Part shown: one piece after another, positions 13,723 through 27,050 of the stretch
Layout: the number at the start of each line of letters is the position of its first letter
How positions within the stretch are numbered: position 1 is the first letter of the stretch
DNA from: Oculina patagonica
Taxonomy: Eukaryota
Direction: 5' to 3'
DNA length: 64,000 nucleotides
NCBI RefSeq assembly: GCF_052425735.1
Contig: NC_135766.1
Coordinates: forward strand, 6,324,001 to 6,388,000
Program-made: the position numbers and the translations under genes
Notes under the pieces: generated by a model
The model's input: the letters and a program-made list of their open reading frames with translations, nothing else
What the model was told of the DNA's origin: nothing
Databases searched by the model: none

Positions 13723-16700
13723 CAGTTTGATTGACTGTATCTGAGGTATCCAACAGTTGTTCTTATGCCTCTTTTCTCAATTCTTTTGTTTTCCAACACG
13801 ATCATGAGCATAACTTCGCAGAGTAAAAATCCAAAAGGCATATTCATGCCAATAGAAACCTAAAAATAATGGTCTAGTTTTGTTAAAAAATTATCGTCCT
13901 TTACTAATGAACTATACTATACTGAAGCTGTCATGAGTTGCGTACGCACGTAGTTTTGCCGGATCTCAAATTGAAAAAGTTTTGTAGACGTTTTCAAACT
14001 TATCATTGGAAAATCGCTAGAAACTTTTTACTGTTTGTTTTTCCTTCAGCATTTTACTTAATATCTTCATCTTGATGTTCAAGGCGCATTGCGTGTACGA
14101 GGTACCGTTCAAGTACTTAGTCGTATTTTAGCACCAAAACTGCAGCATACTCCCCGCGATAGAAAAAGTCACGTCACGGATACCGCTTCGTGAAATCTCC
14201 ATCCTAAAATTTTCAAGTTGGTCGTTTGTAATCGGTCACACTCCTTTTAATCTTAATCATATTCCTGTTTCATTTTGGTTTATTGTAACCTAATTGGTTT
14301 TGTTCCACCTAACTAAGAGTTTGTTTCGAGGTTTCCAAGTGTGTGAATAGAACGTGACTTGAATTGCATTTACGATGTTTATTTTGGTGTTTCAATTAAA
14401 ACAACAATGTAATATGATAATTAAAGACAAGAAAGACCTTCCTGTTTTTAAGTTAATGTGTTATTTTAAATTAGTTTGACATTATTTTTATACTTCTGCC
14501 GCTATTAATATACGCATGAAATAAACAGTTTTTAACTAACGTCTATTTTTTGCGTTGCCCACGCGGTACCTCCTATCGTTGAAAGATGTCACCAAAAATA
14601 CTGAGTGGGTGTTTGTTGGTTTGTGTTTTTCAGCACGAAGTAGATAATTTGCTTTAGCCCGCAGTGCTGGCGTATTTTGGACGAGTGAGTTGCTGAATAT
14701 TCCATCGAGTGTTTTGAGGGTTGGGGCGAGTGGAAAAACGGACAGGAGAGTGGGAGAGAGAGCCTGATAAGCGACTGACGCCCTCTTTCACTCACGTTTT
14801 TGAATTCAAGCCCTTGTCTCGAATTTTGCAAAGGTTTCAAGCGAAAATGTGCAAGACTTAAAAAAACGTTAAGCGTTAAAAAAAAAAACGTTTTGAGGTG
14901 AGCATGCAGTGGCATACAAAATTATGTGCCGATAAACTACGCGTACGTTGATAACAATTCGTAAATTTCTTATGCACTCACATGCAGCGAACAAAAATTA
15001 AATGGCCTGAAAGTGGGGGATTCGAAAATTTGAAACGTTTACTATAAGCGGTAGTTTTGGTAACTGCGAGCGCGGTTATCCCTTTCCGCCTACGTAGGAC
15101 ATCAGTTCTTTTTTGAACCATCGAATAGGTGTATGTAGCAGCTAAACTTTTTCTCTTATAATGTATTTTTTTGCGCCGTAGTTATTGTTGTTGATGTTAA
15201 TTTGTATTTCCAGGTCAGTTATGGAGCTACAAGTTCGCTTCTTAGCGGCAGATCAATCTACAGTACATTTTTCCGTACGTGTCCTTCTGACCGACAATTT
15301 GCGATGTCGCTGGCAAGTGTCATTAGTTATTTTGGATGGTCTTGCATTAATATCATTTCTTCAAGGGACAGTTTTTATCATGGAGTGGCAGGAAGCCTTA
15401 AACGAAGTCTTAAGAAACACAATGTTTGCGTTGCGCTGCATGAAGTTGTCGCTCCTGGTGAAATTTCTCGCGTAGTGTCAGCAATTAAAGGCCGAAGTAG
15501 TGTTTTTGTCAGCGTTCTTTTGGGAAGCGAGGATTTTGTTGCTGATATTTTCGACGAAGTGCAGAAAAATAATCTTACAAAAAGAGTGTGGATTGGAACC
15601 GACATACGCAAAGACCGCTTCCGATTGGGCAAGATTTACGGTGACGTCATCGACGGGATGCTTGTCTTGTCTGTGCCCGAAGAAGACTTGGGCGAGTTTA
15701 ATGATTACATCAGTGGATTATCGAGAAACATTTCAGGAGCATATTGCGCGTGGCTTAAAAAAGACAGCCGCTGGCCCACTGTTTGCGGGCCTCATAGTAA
15801 AGATAATGCCATTAGTTTTCAGAATTTGGCATTGGTCAAAAGTGCTTACGTCATGAATGCAGCGCTCGCTATTATTCAAGGTTTAAAACATGTCACTCAT
15901 TGTGCCGCCCGTCAACAAAGTGGTTTAAACTGCCCAGCAGGAATTTTCACCCTACAGTACGTTCGTGAACGTCTTTTAAAAAGCTTAGAGAAGAATCCGT
16001 TCAGAAACAACCGAAACATCAGCGTAGCTTTCAACGCAAACAGAGAACTGAACTCAGAATATGAAATCATCAACTTACGAGTGACCAATAATAGAACCTT
16101 AGTCCCGTTTCGTGTCGGAAAGTGTACTAGAGATAGGAGACTGGTAATGAATGAAAGTGACATTCAGTGGCCTGGTAACGAAAGTAAGGTCCCTCACTCG
16201 AGATGCCGTGAGCGCTGTCCGCTGGGCACCTTTACCAAATATGGCTATGGGGCATGTTGGTGGAGCTGCCAAAAGTGCCCTCACGGGTCCTTTAATAACA
16301 ACCACACGGCGACCCTTTGTAAAGTGTGCCCTGAGTACCAAATGACAAATGCGGCTCAGAGCGGCTGCGTGGATAAACCGCTGACCATTGTAGACTATGA
16401 AGAAGTTCTTGCAGTTATTCTACTGGGTGCGTGTGGCCTGGGGGAGATTCTTACGTTGTTTGTTCTCGGTGTACTAGTGAAATATCAAGACACGCCAGTT
16501 GTAAAAGCAACGAACCTCACTTTTACTGTGCTGTCTTTGATTATTCTCCTTGCCTGGTTCGCAAATCCCGTTCTATACTTTGGTAGACCATCTGATGCTG
16601 TATGCAAAGTGAGGACTGTATCGTTCGCTGTCCTGTACACCGCTATCACCGCTGTGCTACTCACCAAGACCAACCGCCTGATCAAGATTTTCTCCGCTAT

Positions 16701-17409
16701 CAAGAAGCATTGTTTTCTCCACAATTGCTGGTATGGGTTTCTGACATGCGCACTGATTCTCGTTCAGCTCGCGTTGAGCGTGTTCCACCTGCTGGCTTTC
16801 CCGCCAAAAGTCACCCGCGACTTCAGCGTTTCCGACGCGCTTGTAATGTCATGTGACCAGAATCTCGGCGTTGATGTAGCTTCGCTGGGCTACAACACCT
16901 TGCTGTCCATAGCATGTTCTTATCTGGCTTACAAATCTCGTGTTCTTCCTCGAGCTTACAACGAATTCAAGTGGCTCTGTCTCAGCATGTTTACAAACTT
17001 TTTGTCGTGGCTGGTAATCTTGATTTGTCGTCACGTCTCGACTCACGGGAGGATAAACGTTATTTGTACAATTCTTGCGCTGATCTTTGGCGCGTATTCC
17101 ATGCTTGTTCTGCTGTTTTTACCCAAAGTTCGCGTCATCTTTTTCCGACCTGAGAAAAACACAAAACAAGCCGCAATAGAGAGTACGAGGCGTTATTCTA
17201 TCGACCAAGCTTCTGGAATAGATTTGTCGCCAATTCAAGGAGGAGGTTCTCGGCGGAAATCATCGCCAGCCTGTTTAGCGCTGCAGTTTATGAACGGCTC
17301 CGTAGGCAAGCTACCAGTAGCCAAAAACAGCTTAGGACCAAGACGCTCTCATGGTTCAATTATTGCAACGATAAAGGAGGTGCCCGAGGAAAGAAAATCA
17401 AGTGTTTAA
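9741..17409 (+). CDS. Class C GPCR 'A' (CaSR/GPRC6A/mGluR-like), about 880 aa, 2 coding exons (9741-10187, 15214-17409)
   Basis: Signal peptide, then DGKFIIGALFP, LGYDIRDSC, VGPDFS, GIPQ|VSYGATS (phase-0 GT-AG intron of about 5 kb), FFRTCPSD, a Cys-rich domain, and 7TM with TPVVKA, KTNRL, LPRAYNEFK and FLPKVRVIFFRPEKN. Confidence 0.93.
13678..13736. repeat. (GATT)n microsatellite
   Basis: Direct reading of the gattgatt... tract. Confidence 0.9.
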
Positions 17410-17916
17410 AATGCTGTGATATGCTACTGCCAAAATTGGGGGCTCAAGTGGTATGGGTGGGGTGGGGTATGGGGATTTTCTGTTCTTCAAACTGGAAAAA
17501 TGGAGTCACAAATCAGCGAGAGCAGATGGACTTTCTGGCGAAAAACTCAAACCAGTAGTGAAGAGGATGTTTTTATCTTTAAATTTTCTTCAATACTACA
17601 ATAGTGGTTATTTATTTCTACACATATTTCAAAACGACTAAATTAAGCAGGAAGATATAAGATTGACATAATTTTCCTTTATCAGCGACCAAATCTTAGA
17701 CTAAAAGGTCAAAATTGGAACCTCAGCCGGGCCTTCATCCACCAAACATATCCTGGCATAGGTCATTGGCTACCTGACAAGTTATTTAAGACATTGTTAC
17801 TAATTTGCTCATATAGTCTTTTGAATTGTTCCGGTGAATCATATCAAATCGGCTTGCTCAGCTGATCTTTTAAAGCAACGTAGCTTGGTAATGATAAATA
17901 AAAAATTGACAGGAAC

Positions 17917-18040
17917 TACAGTGGTGTACCGGTTTCTCGACCTCTCGATAACTCGAACCAAAAGTCATTTCCCTGGGATTTGCTTTACTCAGTTGAACAC
18001 TGCAAGTTTACCCCCGATTTCTCGAACTCCAGCTTTCTCG
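17917..18040. mobile_element. Tigger/pogo-like MITE fragment
   Basis: TA|CAGT start followed by repeated tctcga / taactcgaac motifs; the matching right end is not evident. Confidence 0.4.
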
Positions 18041-18334
18041 CGTGCGCATGTGCAGGCTGGTCATGTTTAGCAGCTTTTTAGCAACACTTTTATTGACCAA
18101 GCATGTTTGGTACAAAAACATTGATCGTCGTATTGGTTTACATGAAAATGAAAATAAGGAACTCGTTGAAAATTAAAATTTTCTAGACAAGATCAAAGAT
18201 TTATACAGAGAAGTATAAGTTGAAAAGAAGTGTCTTGTTTATGTTATGTTTATTGTGTAACTGTATATAGTAACTAGATATTAAATCTATTGTACGTCAA
18301 CGTTTTCGTATCTCGACTTTCTGATAAAATTGTT

Positions 18335-18729
18335 TTGACCCTTCACTCCAAGTGTAAAACAACGACTATTAAACTGTTTAGTCCGTTAATAGATAAACCT
18401 TAATGTTACAAGCTGTTGAGCAGTAATGCGACGTGGAACTGTTTATTATGCTTAACAAAGTGGCTCAATCTTTTTAGGTTGTGGATAAAATCCTAGCGTG
18501 TAACTATTCAAATGAAAGTTACTGAGCAGTACTTCCACGTGGGACCTTTTAATATGCTGTACTAATTAAAGTGGTTCTATCTTTTCAGTTTGTCTACGAC
18601 ACCCTTGTGTATGTGACTACTTGAATAGAAACTACTGACTGTTCAAATGAAGGCTTCTGCGTAGCACTTTCATGTGATACTGCTTTTAAAAAATGCAAGT
18701 ATAAGGACTCTTGGGAGTAAAAGGGTCAA
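18335..18729. mobile_element. piggyBac-like MITE with an internal degenerate ~100-bp tandem repeat, abutting the stop codon of GPCR B
   Basis: Left end ttgaCCCTTcactccaag; right end cttgggagtaaAAGGGtcaa. About three internal units of ..tattcaaatgaaag.tactgagcagtacttc.acgtgg..c.tt.a.tatgct.. Confidence 0.65.
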
Positions 18730-21700
18730 CGAGCCTTTGTTGGCATTGAAAAAGTACCCACGGTCACAACAGACATTCGACGAAGGTGCTTGGCAGCGGT
18801 CGATCCATTGCGCACGCGCATTGTGTAGTCCAGCATGCTGGCTCGCACAAGTTCGGTTTTGTTTTTCTCGGGTTGGAAGAAAATAATTCGTAGCCGAATG
18901 GAAAACATGCAAAAAAGGATTGTAAAGCCTGTCATGATAAGTGCAAAGGACAAAACAATGCTTCTGTTCTCTGCATTGCTGTCGTAGTAACAAGGCACGA
19001 ATATTATCCATATCACACACACAGTAAACATTGTGAAACCGATAATTCGCGTTTCGTTGAAATTTGCCGGTAAATTACGAGCCCTGTACGCGAGATACGT
19101 CGACGGTATAGCCAGCACAGCGGCATACCCCAGTATGATCATGAGCAGTTTGTTCGACTTCTCGCCGCAGTCAACACCGACGTGAGTGTCGTAATAGTGC
19201 AGGGTCACTTCCGGCGGAAATGAGATGATCCATGGTATAATAGCTGCTATGATAACTAAAGTGAGAAAAACAGCAATTAAGAGCTGCAAGCGTATGCCGC
19301 AGCCGACCTTTCCAGGGAGTGTCTTGTTTTTAAAAATGAGCAAAAGACGCCTGGTTTTCGTAAGCATTAGCGAGGCCCAGAAGGTAACAACGAATCCGAA
19401 ACATAACGGCTGCGCTTTGCAAACGATGTCAGAAGCTTTGCCTAAGTGAAGGAGAGGAAGAAGGAACATGCAGGCAATCATGAGTAAAATTAGCAGCGAA
19501 TACTCCCGAGTGGATGCTTTCACAACAGCGCTATTCCGATATCTGTAAAACACCGCTAGAGTGAAAACTGTACTCAAGAATCCAAGACTGGAGAAAACTA
19601 GAATCGCACTTCCGGCTTTCGAATTCCATTCCAAGTACACTTCCGGTAGCTTCAAGCACTGCGTGTGATTTTCATCTGAGGTAAATCCCAAGGGACAAAT
19701 ATCGCAATCTGATTGGCCACTTCTGTTTGTTATGGCTCCAAACGGGCATTTTACACATTTCCAGCAGCATGACAAATCACCTTGGACTTTATAGTACCCA
19801 AGCTCACATGGTGAACTGCAGCGCGAGTAAGGCACCCTGGGATTCCATCCGTTCCACGAGATGTTTATAGCGTTGTGGAAATGCAGTTTGCGCGTGGCCC
19901 AGTCCCAGGTTCCCAGCGTGATGAACTTTTTGCCATGTGCGGAGTCTGGGTCCGGTTGTAAACTCTTAACTAAGTAGTTACCTGTCAAAACAGAAATTAT
20001 CAAAGTTGTTTAAAGTAAAAATAGAACTGTAACCAGGATAAGACATAATACAAGGGTAAAAAAACGTTCTCTAGTTAAAAAGGGTTTAAAAATATAAGCT
20101 TTCGGCTATCAGACTAAAGCGTTTAACGAATGAACGTGTTAGTGCGCGAATGGAAATATATACAGAAAAAGGCTGCAAAAAACTTTTAAAAAACAAAAAT
20201 ATGCAAAAGAAGTAAGGAATATAAAAATGATAATATTTTCCTTTAAAGACTCATCATCTTTCATTTATCGAATTTTATTTTGCGTAAATTATTTTGGATC
20301 CTCTTCCTCGCTTTGGTTCTATTTTAATTTAATTAATTATGTAAAAAAAAAACTCATTGACAATGAATTTTTCTATCTTTTGTTTTGTTTTTCAATTTCC
20401 CCTTTTAGCAGCCTTTTTTACTTTTTTATTTGAGTGTGAATGTTTATCACACTAACTCGCTTCTTCAGTTGAAATTTAACACTGATTTGAATAATGTCGC
20501 CAGCTGAACTGGGCTCCTGATTGTAAACAGTATTTTTATCATTTGCAATAGAAAATTAAAGACAGTTTTCCGCTCGTGTAATTAAACCAAAGATTTTTTT
20601 GGTCTTTAAAATGGATTAAAACAATAAAGCAGTAGAGAAAACAGGCCATGGAAATTTAAATGTGAAATCACGCATAAATGGGCTGCCATTTAACAGTATG
20701 AATTGATAATGTTTATGTCTTTTAAATTCAGCAGCAATTTTTCCGGTCGTCAAGGCTCATGTGGAGATCTCCTGCCTGTAAGGTGGCCTTGAACTTTAGA
20801 CGAAGGTTTGTAACATAGAGTGTTGTTCGTTTTTTTTTTGTTTGGTAGAGTTTAAAAATTCGGTAAAAATTTGCCATCAAGAATATCACTTCAGTGTAGA
20901 TGTTTTAAATTTGTTGAAAAACGACATTAAAGGCCGCCGTAAAAACAAATAGTGTTTATATTGGAAAACAAGTTGACTGAAACAAGATGATCGGTATTTT
21001 AAAATTGAAACTGGCGAGCTGTTGTTGTGAACGAGAATTGTAACATAATACGACTTAAGGGTTAAAACCGAATTCTTCTTACTTTTGATAAAAGCGTCAA
21101 ATTAAACGAACGATTCCGGAAAATTTAATTTTGAAATAAAAAACGTTCTTGTTTGGTTTTCAACTGGATTTAAAAATGCTAAGTTGCTGTTATCTACTTG
21201 GCAATTGTTACAATTATGCCTTAATAAGAATCGGAATGAGATCTTTTTGTGGTAATTGGTGCCTCGTAAATGTCAGTAGCATTAACAATATTTGTACAGT
21301 GTGGTGTTCTTAAAGGTTTTTATACGCTCGTTCTTTGCATGTTTATTCAAGTTGTTATACAGCGAAGGCCGCTAAAACTGTTTCGAGTAATATTCAAGTT
21401 CGTTTTTTCCTGAGTACTATTAACAAAAGAGGGGTTTTAAGAGTCGGCCTTGTAAATGTTTATTATTTTTAATTAACAGAAATAGTATTTCACTCACCCT
21501 TAATGTCGCCGTACTTGTCAAACACAATTGGGAAACCAAGTTTACCGGTAAATGACAAATTCTTGATATAAGTCAGAATGTCGGACGGGTTGACTCCATT
21601 TTTCACGCTGGGACAGGCCCCATTTGCAAGAAGTCCACGTCCCTTTTTACATTTGATTATGTCATCAAGTGCTAAAGCTACCGAATAAACTGCGTCCATT

Positions 21701-22989
21701 ACATTGGCGGCCTTGTTCAGCTCCAGACTGGCTGCATTTGGAAGTCGCATGCCGCTTGAAAACCCATTGCAGCTAACACTATGCAACGAGTGATTTTGTT
21801 GGTTTACTTTACGGCATCCGTACGTTCCTTGCCAGAAATCCTCAAACCAAGGGTTATGTTCTGTGTTTAAAGGTGTTAAGTGCGCCATATGTCGTTCAAA
21901 TTTCTCAATGTTCCCTGTGCTTGGTACTATACCTAACATCCCACCAACTGTTGAATCTTTAAACGATAAAATAGACTTCTTATCTCCCCATGAATCTGTC
22001 CCGATCCAGGTTTTTCCGACTAAGTTTTGTCTTTCTGCCTCTTCTAAGAACGCAAGTGCGTTAGGTATCTCACAGAAAAGCACAACCACCTTCGCGAGTG
22101 TGTCAGCTTTCAGCGCGCTCACAATGCGCGCAATTTGCGCTTTCGTCTCGGGGAGCGTATAGTCGGGGTGAAAAAGCTCATCGACTGAAATACAAACATT
22201 TCTCGTCTTTATTTCTCCTTTAAACGCTTCTATGCCCAATCGCCCGTAATCTTCGTCTGTCGCAACCGTCGATACATAGCTCCAATTAAAAAAAGTCACC
22301 AGATCCGCCATGACTTGAGCTTGGATATAATCAGGTGGGATCGTTCGTAAAAACGACGGAAAGTTCGCTTTGTCGCTTAGGGAGGGACTCGTGGACGAAT
22401 AACTAATCTGCGGAATGGATGTTACTCCCAACACATAAGCAGCCGCCTTCGATATTTTTGAACCAGCACCACCAATAACAGCGACAATAGAAGAATTCGA
22501 ACAAGTACTATTAGTGCGGGAATCTTTATTATACATCATTCCTCTCTCCGTCGAAGAAGAAAAATCCAACGCATCGTTCATAGCGAACTGTACTTCATTT
22601 GCGCTGTCCCGTATATCGTACCCAAGCGTAACATTGGAGAGAATTTTTGTGTTGTTGTTTATTTCCTCAATTGCGAACAACATCGCTTCGACCCACATTA
22701 ATCCAAACAAGTTCATTCGGTAGCAATTGACAGCCTCTCCGCGAAGAGATGTGAACAGTTGAAATCGTTTAATATTGCTGTTACATTTCGTCGCGTTTTT
22801 CTCGCTCAAAAACACTGGGAACAAACCACCGAGTATAAAATCGCCGTTTAAGTCTTGTGCTCTTTTTGGCGATCTAACATTCGTATCTTGTGCACACGAG
22901 GCATAAGTGAGTACGTTTGAAACGAGGAAGCATAAAATAGTTACAAAGCAGCGGACGTTTCCAGAGTTTCTTTCAGGAGTAGGCGCCAT
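18726..22989 (-). CDS. Class C GPCR 'B' (CaSR/GPRC6A-like amino-acid or cation sensor), about 915 aa, 2 coding exons (22989-21498, 19981-18726)
   Basis: GDFILGGLFPV, EAMLFAIEEINN, LGYDIRDS, IPQISYSSTSPSLSDK..FPSFLRTIPPD, DEDYGRLG, WIGTDSW, NPWFEDFW. A phase-1 intron (AAG G|gtgag...ttgacag|GT AAC) joins the 499-aa and 425-aa ORFs. Complete nine-Cys domain and 7TM with LPANFNETR. Confidence 0.95.
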
Positions 22990-25661
22990 TGCAAATCAGC
23001 ATAGTGTCTCGTCAATTTCAGTGATGTGAATATCTCTTGACATGTCCAAGTGGTCGTGCGTAGCTAAACAGCCGGTTCTAAGGCGAAAAATTTGTGCAAT
23101 CTGCAATGAAATATGCGTGTCAATCTATTGTCTTATTAACAATAAACGTTCTGTGTTGTCTCTGTAGGAAATTAAATAACAAAAAGAGTTAAACAATGGT
23201 TATGTTTTAGCAATTACTAAACCTGTTCTTAGAAAAATAGCGATTATTGCTAAGCCCGTACACTGTTGAACCGTGACTAAATTTTTAAAAAAATATAAAG
23301 TAAGAAAAAAAATCATTTTTCTTGCCTTTCAACCATGTAAGCCAGCTGCATTTTGCAATGATTATTCGAATAATTTTTTTTTCGATCTGTGTACATTTGT
23401 TTTCGGCGATAGGTAAGCTGATTCAACCAACACCTTTTACTGTTTACCTCATTTGCTTTTTAGTCAAACAATAAAATAACTTATGGTTTGAGTTACTCAA
23501 ATGGCACCGCCTAATTTCGTCAATTGTGTACCTTAGTGCTGTAATACAACAGCAATACGTAATTCTACTAATTGAAATATGTCCTATGTTACTTTATTCC
23601 CTTTTTTTTTCAAACAGTGTACTGTCAAATTCTAAATAAGCCCTGAGCTATTAGGTGGGCTAGTTTCCTGGGAGGGCTTATAAACAGGTGAGTGGGGGGG
23701 GGGGGGGGGGGAGCTTATTTTTGGATGGAAATTTGCGATTCAAATATCGTTTGGTTTCTATTTGGATATGATACCGTCACTGACATCAGTTTTGGTGCAT
23801 ACAGGAATCAGTACATGGTAAAATTATGTAAACATAAAGATATAAAACCCAAAACAAGTATTACACTCGCTCTGAGCATTCTCCAGCAACGTTAAACATA
23901 AAGCTTCAGCTTAGACCTAAAACTAAACATTATCCCACGGGCTAATATTCCGGAGGGTTTATTTCACGGGGCTTTCCCGGGGCTTTCCCGGGCCGATAGG
24001 ATTTTTGTTTTAGAAATAATTTGACGACTGAAAATATTTGAAATCGGTTTTCGGCATATTAATTCCGTGCCAGAAGAGTCTCTATTTCGAAAAGGAGACT
24101 CTGCAAGCAGGGAACTGGAATGCGCAATCAGCCTGTAAGCGAAAAAAACAACAGAAACTGGTAACAAGTTATTTTGACAACTGGATGAAAAGAATGAAAA
24201 ATGAATCATGAATATCAAATAAAATTTATAATTGAATCATAAATCATTGAGGTGAAACAAGACTCAAACAAGACAGAAATCATTAATATCCAAAGTCCAA
24301 TGATTTCGCTTCCGCCCTCGTTACAGAGGGTCATGATTGCGTTGACTGTAAACTCTAGAAAAATGTATGCGCCTACAGACAAAAAGACAGGAGAAAATTT
24401 TAACGGCACCGCTGTAGTGTAACCCAAAACGATTGGTAAAAGTCGCCAGACAGTCTCCACTGGTTATTTCAACAGCGCACAGTAAAAACCTATTCATTGT
24501 CCAGTTATACAAAACGACATAAAGTTTTCGTCTTTATTTCTGAGTTAACGGAGAAGAAAAATTTGAACAAAAGAATGGCGAGCTTACTGGCAGGCATGTT
24601 TTCAATTTCTTTAGCATCTTTAATTGACTGTCTAAATATTCTTACGGGAGATTTAAGTCGCTTTTAGTCTTGTATTGAGTGCTTTTGACTTCAAAAACTT
24701 CTCAATTCCGTACCCAGCCTGCGTGCCTGAGCTAAACTTAATTGCCAAGGTTTGTTCTCTTTACCTTTTGTCACTTCAAGTCTTTTGGCTCTTCTATTAA
24801 CTATTTTTCAGCGGAAACGGATAAGGATTTTGCATCTCTTTTTTGTTTTTAACTTTCCTATAGAAAATGTAACAGCTAGATGGGAAAATATAGACCGCAG
24901 TTTATATCGATTATGGCTAAAAAGACCTAAGATTTATGAATGCAGTGGTTAACTACTTTGGGTACAGACAACTCCCTAAAAATGATTTGAGCTCGAGGTT
25001 CGCTGGCACACTTGCAGATTGGAACATTATGGAAAAAAATGTTCTTTGTAATAGTAGTCAAGTACAACCAATTGCTCTGTTCACACAACGTGGGTGCTCC
25101 ATTGTAACTTCTTCGTAAGCGAGGAAGTACAACTTGGTAACCTGGCTGACGTTTCAGTTCAATATGGCGTCCCAATACATCCCAAACGACGGTGACAATC
25201 GAATTAATTGTTTTTGTATATAGTTGAAAATAAATTATTGAACAAACCAGTTTTTGTCAGATTTAATTTCAAACTTTTATGACGGAGCTCCTATGGAATA
25301 TTCATGTTCAGAAAGAATGAGCAAATCTTGTAATAAATGTTAATACGAGGGAAGTTTCCTCGCGAATTTTACTGAACTATAAGATTTGAAAAGGTTGTTG
25401 AATTGACAGCGTGTAATGTTTAATTTATCACCGTTTTTTTTGGCGAACGTTTAGTAAATTATGGTTTGGGCCTTTTATGAAATTAAATGAAATGCGATAT
25501 AAATTGCCTCTACGTATTTATTGTTGTGTTGGATGCTGTTAACAATTGAAGAAAACAGTTCAATCAGTATTGTCGGATATTGAATATTGTTAAACAGTCA
25601 AGTGAGGTAAATAAATAAAATCATCAACAAGGGAATATTGTCTCAGAACTGCGAGGAAATT

Positions 25662-26170
25662 ATAAGCAGGGTGGTAAAAAGGTTATGCGTGACGCGTGAT
25701 TTGAACGAAAATTAGCGCGTGAAACGAGAAATCAGTTTAAATATGACCTTGATCCGTGAATTGCCACTCAAGTATAAGTGATCTGCCTATTTTTTGGACT
25801 GTGATTCCGGCCGAAAACGCTCGTGAAAACCGAAATAAATTACGTACTGGTAAATTAATTTTGTTAGTGAGCCAAAATTGACAATCGACACAAGTTATGA
25901 AACAAAGACTGATTGTGTGGATAGGTTCTCTCGTCCCGATTCATGCGCTTTAGGACTCGACATTTCTTCTGAGAGAAACTGAGCTGCTAGGCTTTAATTT
26001 TTAGAGGTAATTTCCACAATTACGTATATCAGTAAAATCACATTTTCTTTAATTATATATGTTAAATACGTGTTTCGTGAAATGGTCTAAAAATTTTACG
26101 TTATTTGTGATTTGAAGTGAAACAGGCTCGTGATTCGTGATTGAGAGCCCCCCTTTACCACCCAGCATAA
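25662..26170. mobile_element. Non-autonomous DNA transposon with short TIRs and 4-bp TSD (possibly Sola-like)
   Basis: ATAA|gcagggtggtaaa ... tttaccacccagc|ATAA, with internal cgtga repeats. The superfamily call is inference from TSD length. Confidence 0.55.
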
Positions 26171-27050
26171 GGACAATTTATATTCATAACTTGAGTGTCT
26201 TACCTTTCTTATCGGTGATGTTTCAGTTTGTTGCTGTCTGGAAATAACTAGATGAATAAGTCGTTCACTTCCAGTTTTTTAAATTATTGCTCGATTATTT
26301 TGCAGCCCGGAGGGTTTACATGAAAATCTTGTTCAAATATCGATAAACCAAAAATGAAAAAAGCATCAATAAGGAAAAATGGACATTTCGGTTAAGTGAA
26401 ATATCGATGCACAGTAATTGACAAAGAAACAGCCAGATCGTCGACGTGAAACAAACGTAAAATGCGTTCAAATGCTGAAAAGACAAGTCGTGAATATTCG
26501 CGTAAGGTAAATATATGCAAGCAAACAACAATAACTGTCAAGTGAAGGGAAATGAATTTTTAAGTTCTAATAATACTGATTTGGTTGTCGATTAAGTTAA
26601 TTTAATCTGTTGTGTCAAAGTTAATTTGGAAGATTTCGGTTTTTACACAGCAAAATAACATTCAAACCACGCTAGGAGAAGAAATGTTCTTTGAAAGAAA
26701 AAAAAACTCCTAAGAAATAGGCGTCATATTAAAAAATGCAGCAAATATCAACAGAAATAACCCAATATTAAAAATTAATTTTAACTGTCTCAAAAGGTAA
26801 TAAGAGATCGGTAGGAATTTAATAAAGTGTAAAAAGGGTCTGTTTGCCTATCCAGTTCGGTCTGTAATCATACAAGGGATTAACATTATCTGACGACCAC
26901 CAGGCAGAAGTCTTACTTAGTAAGGCAAGGGTATTAAAAGAGACCAAATACAACAACACGAAGTTGACAATTAACATGAGTTAATCATCTCTATCTGCAC
27001 AATTCGCTGAGAAAGGCCATTAATTACTTTTGTGTTGAAAATATAAAGAA

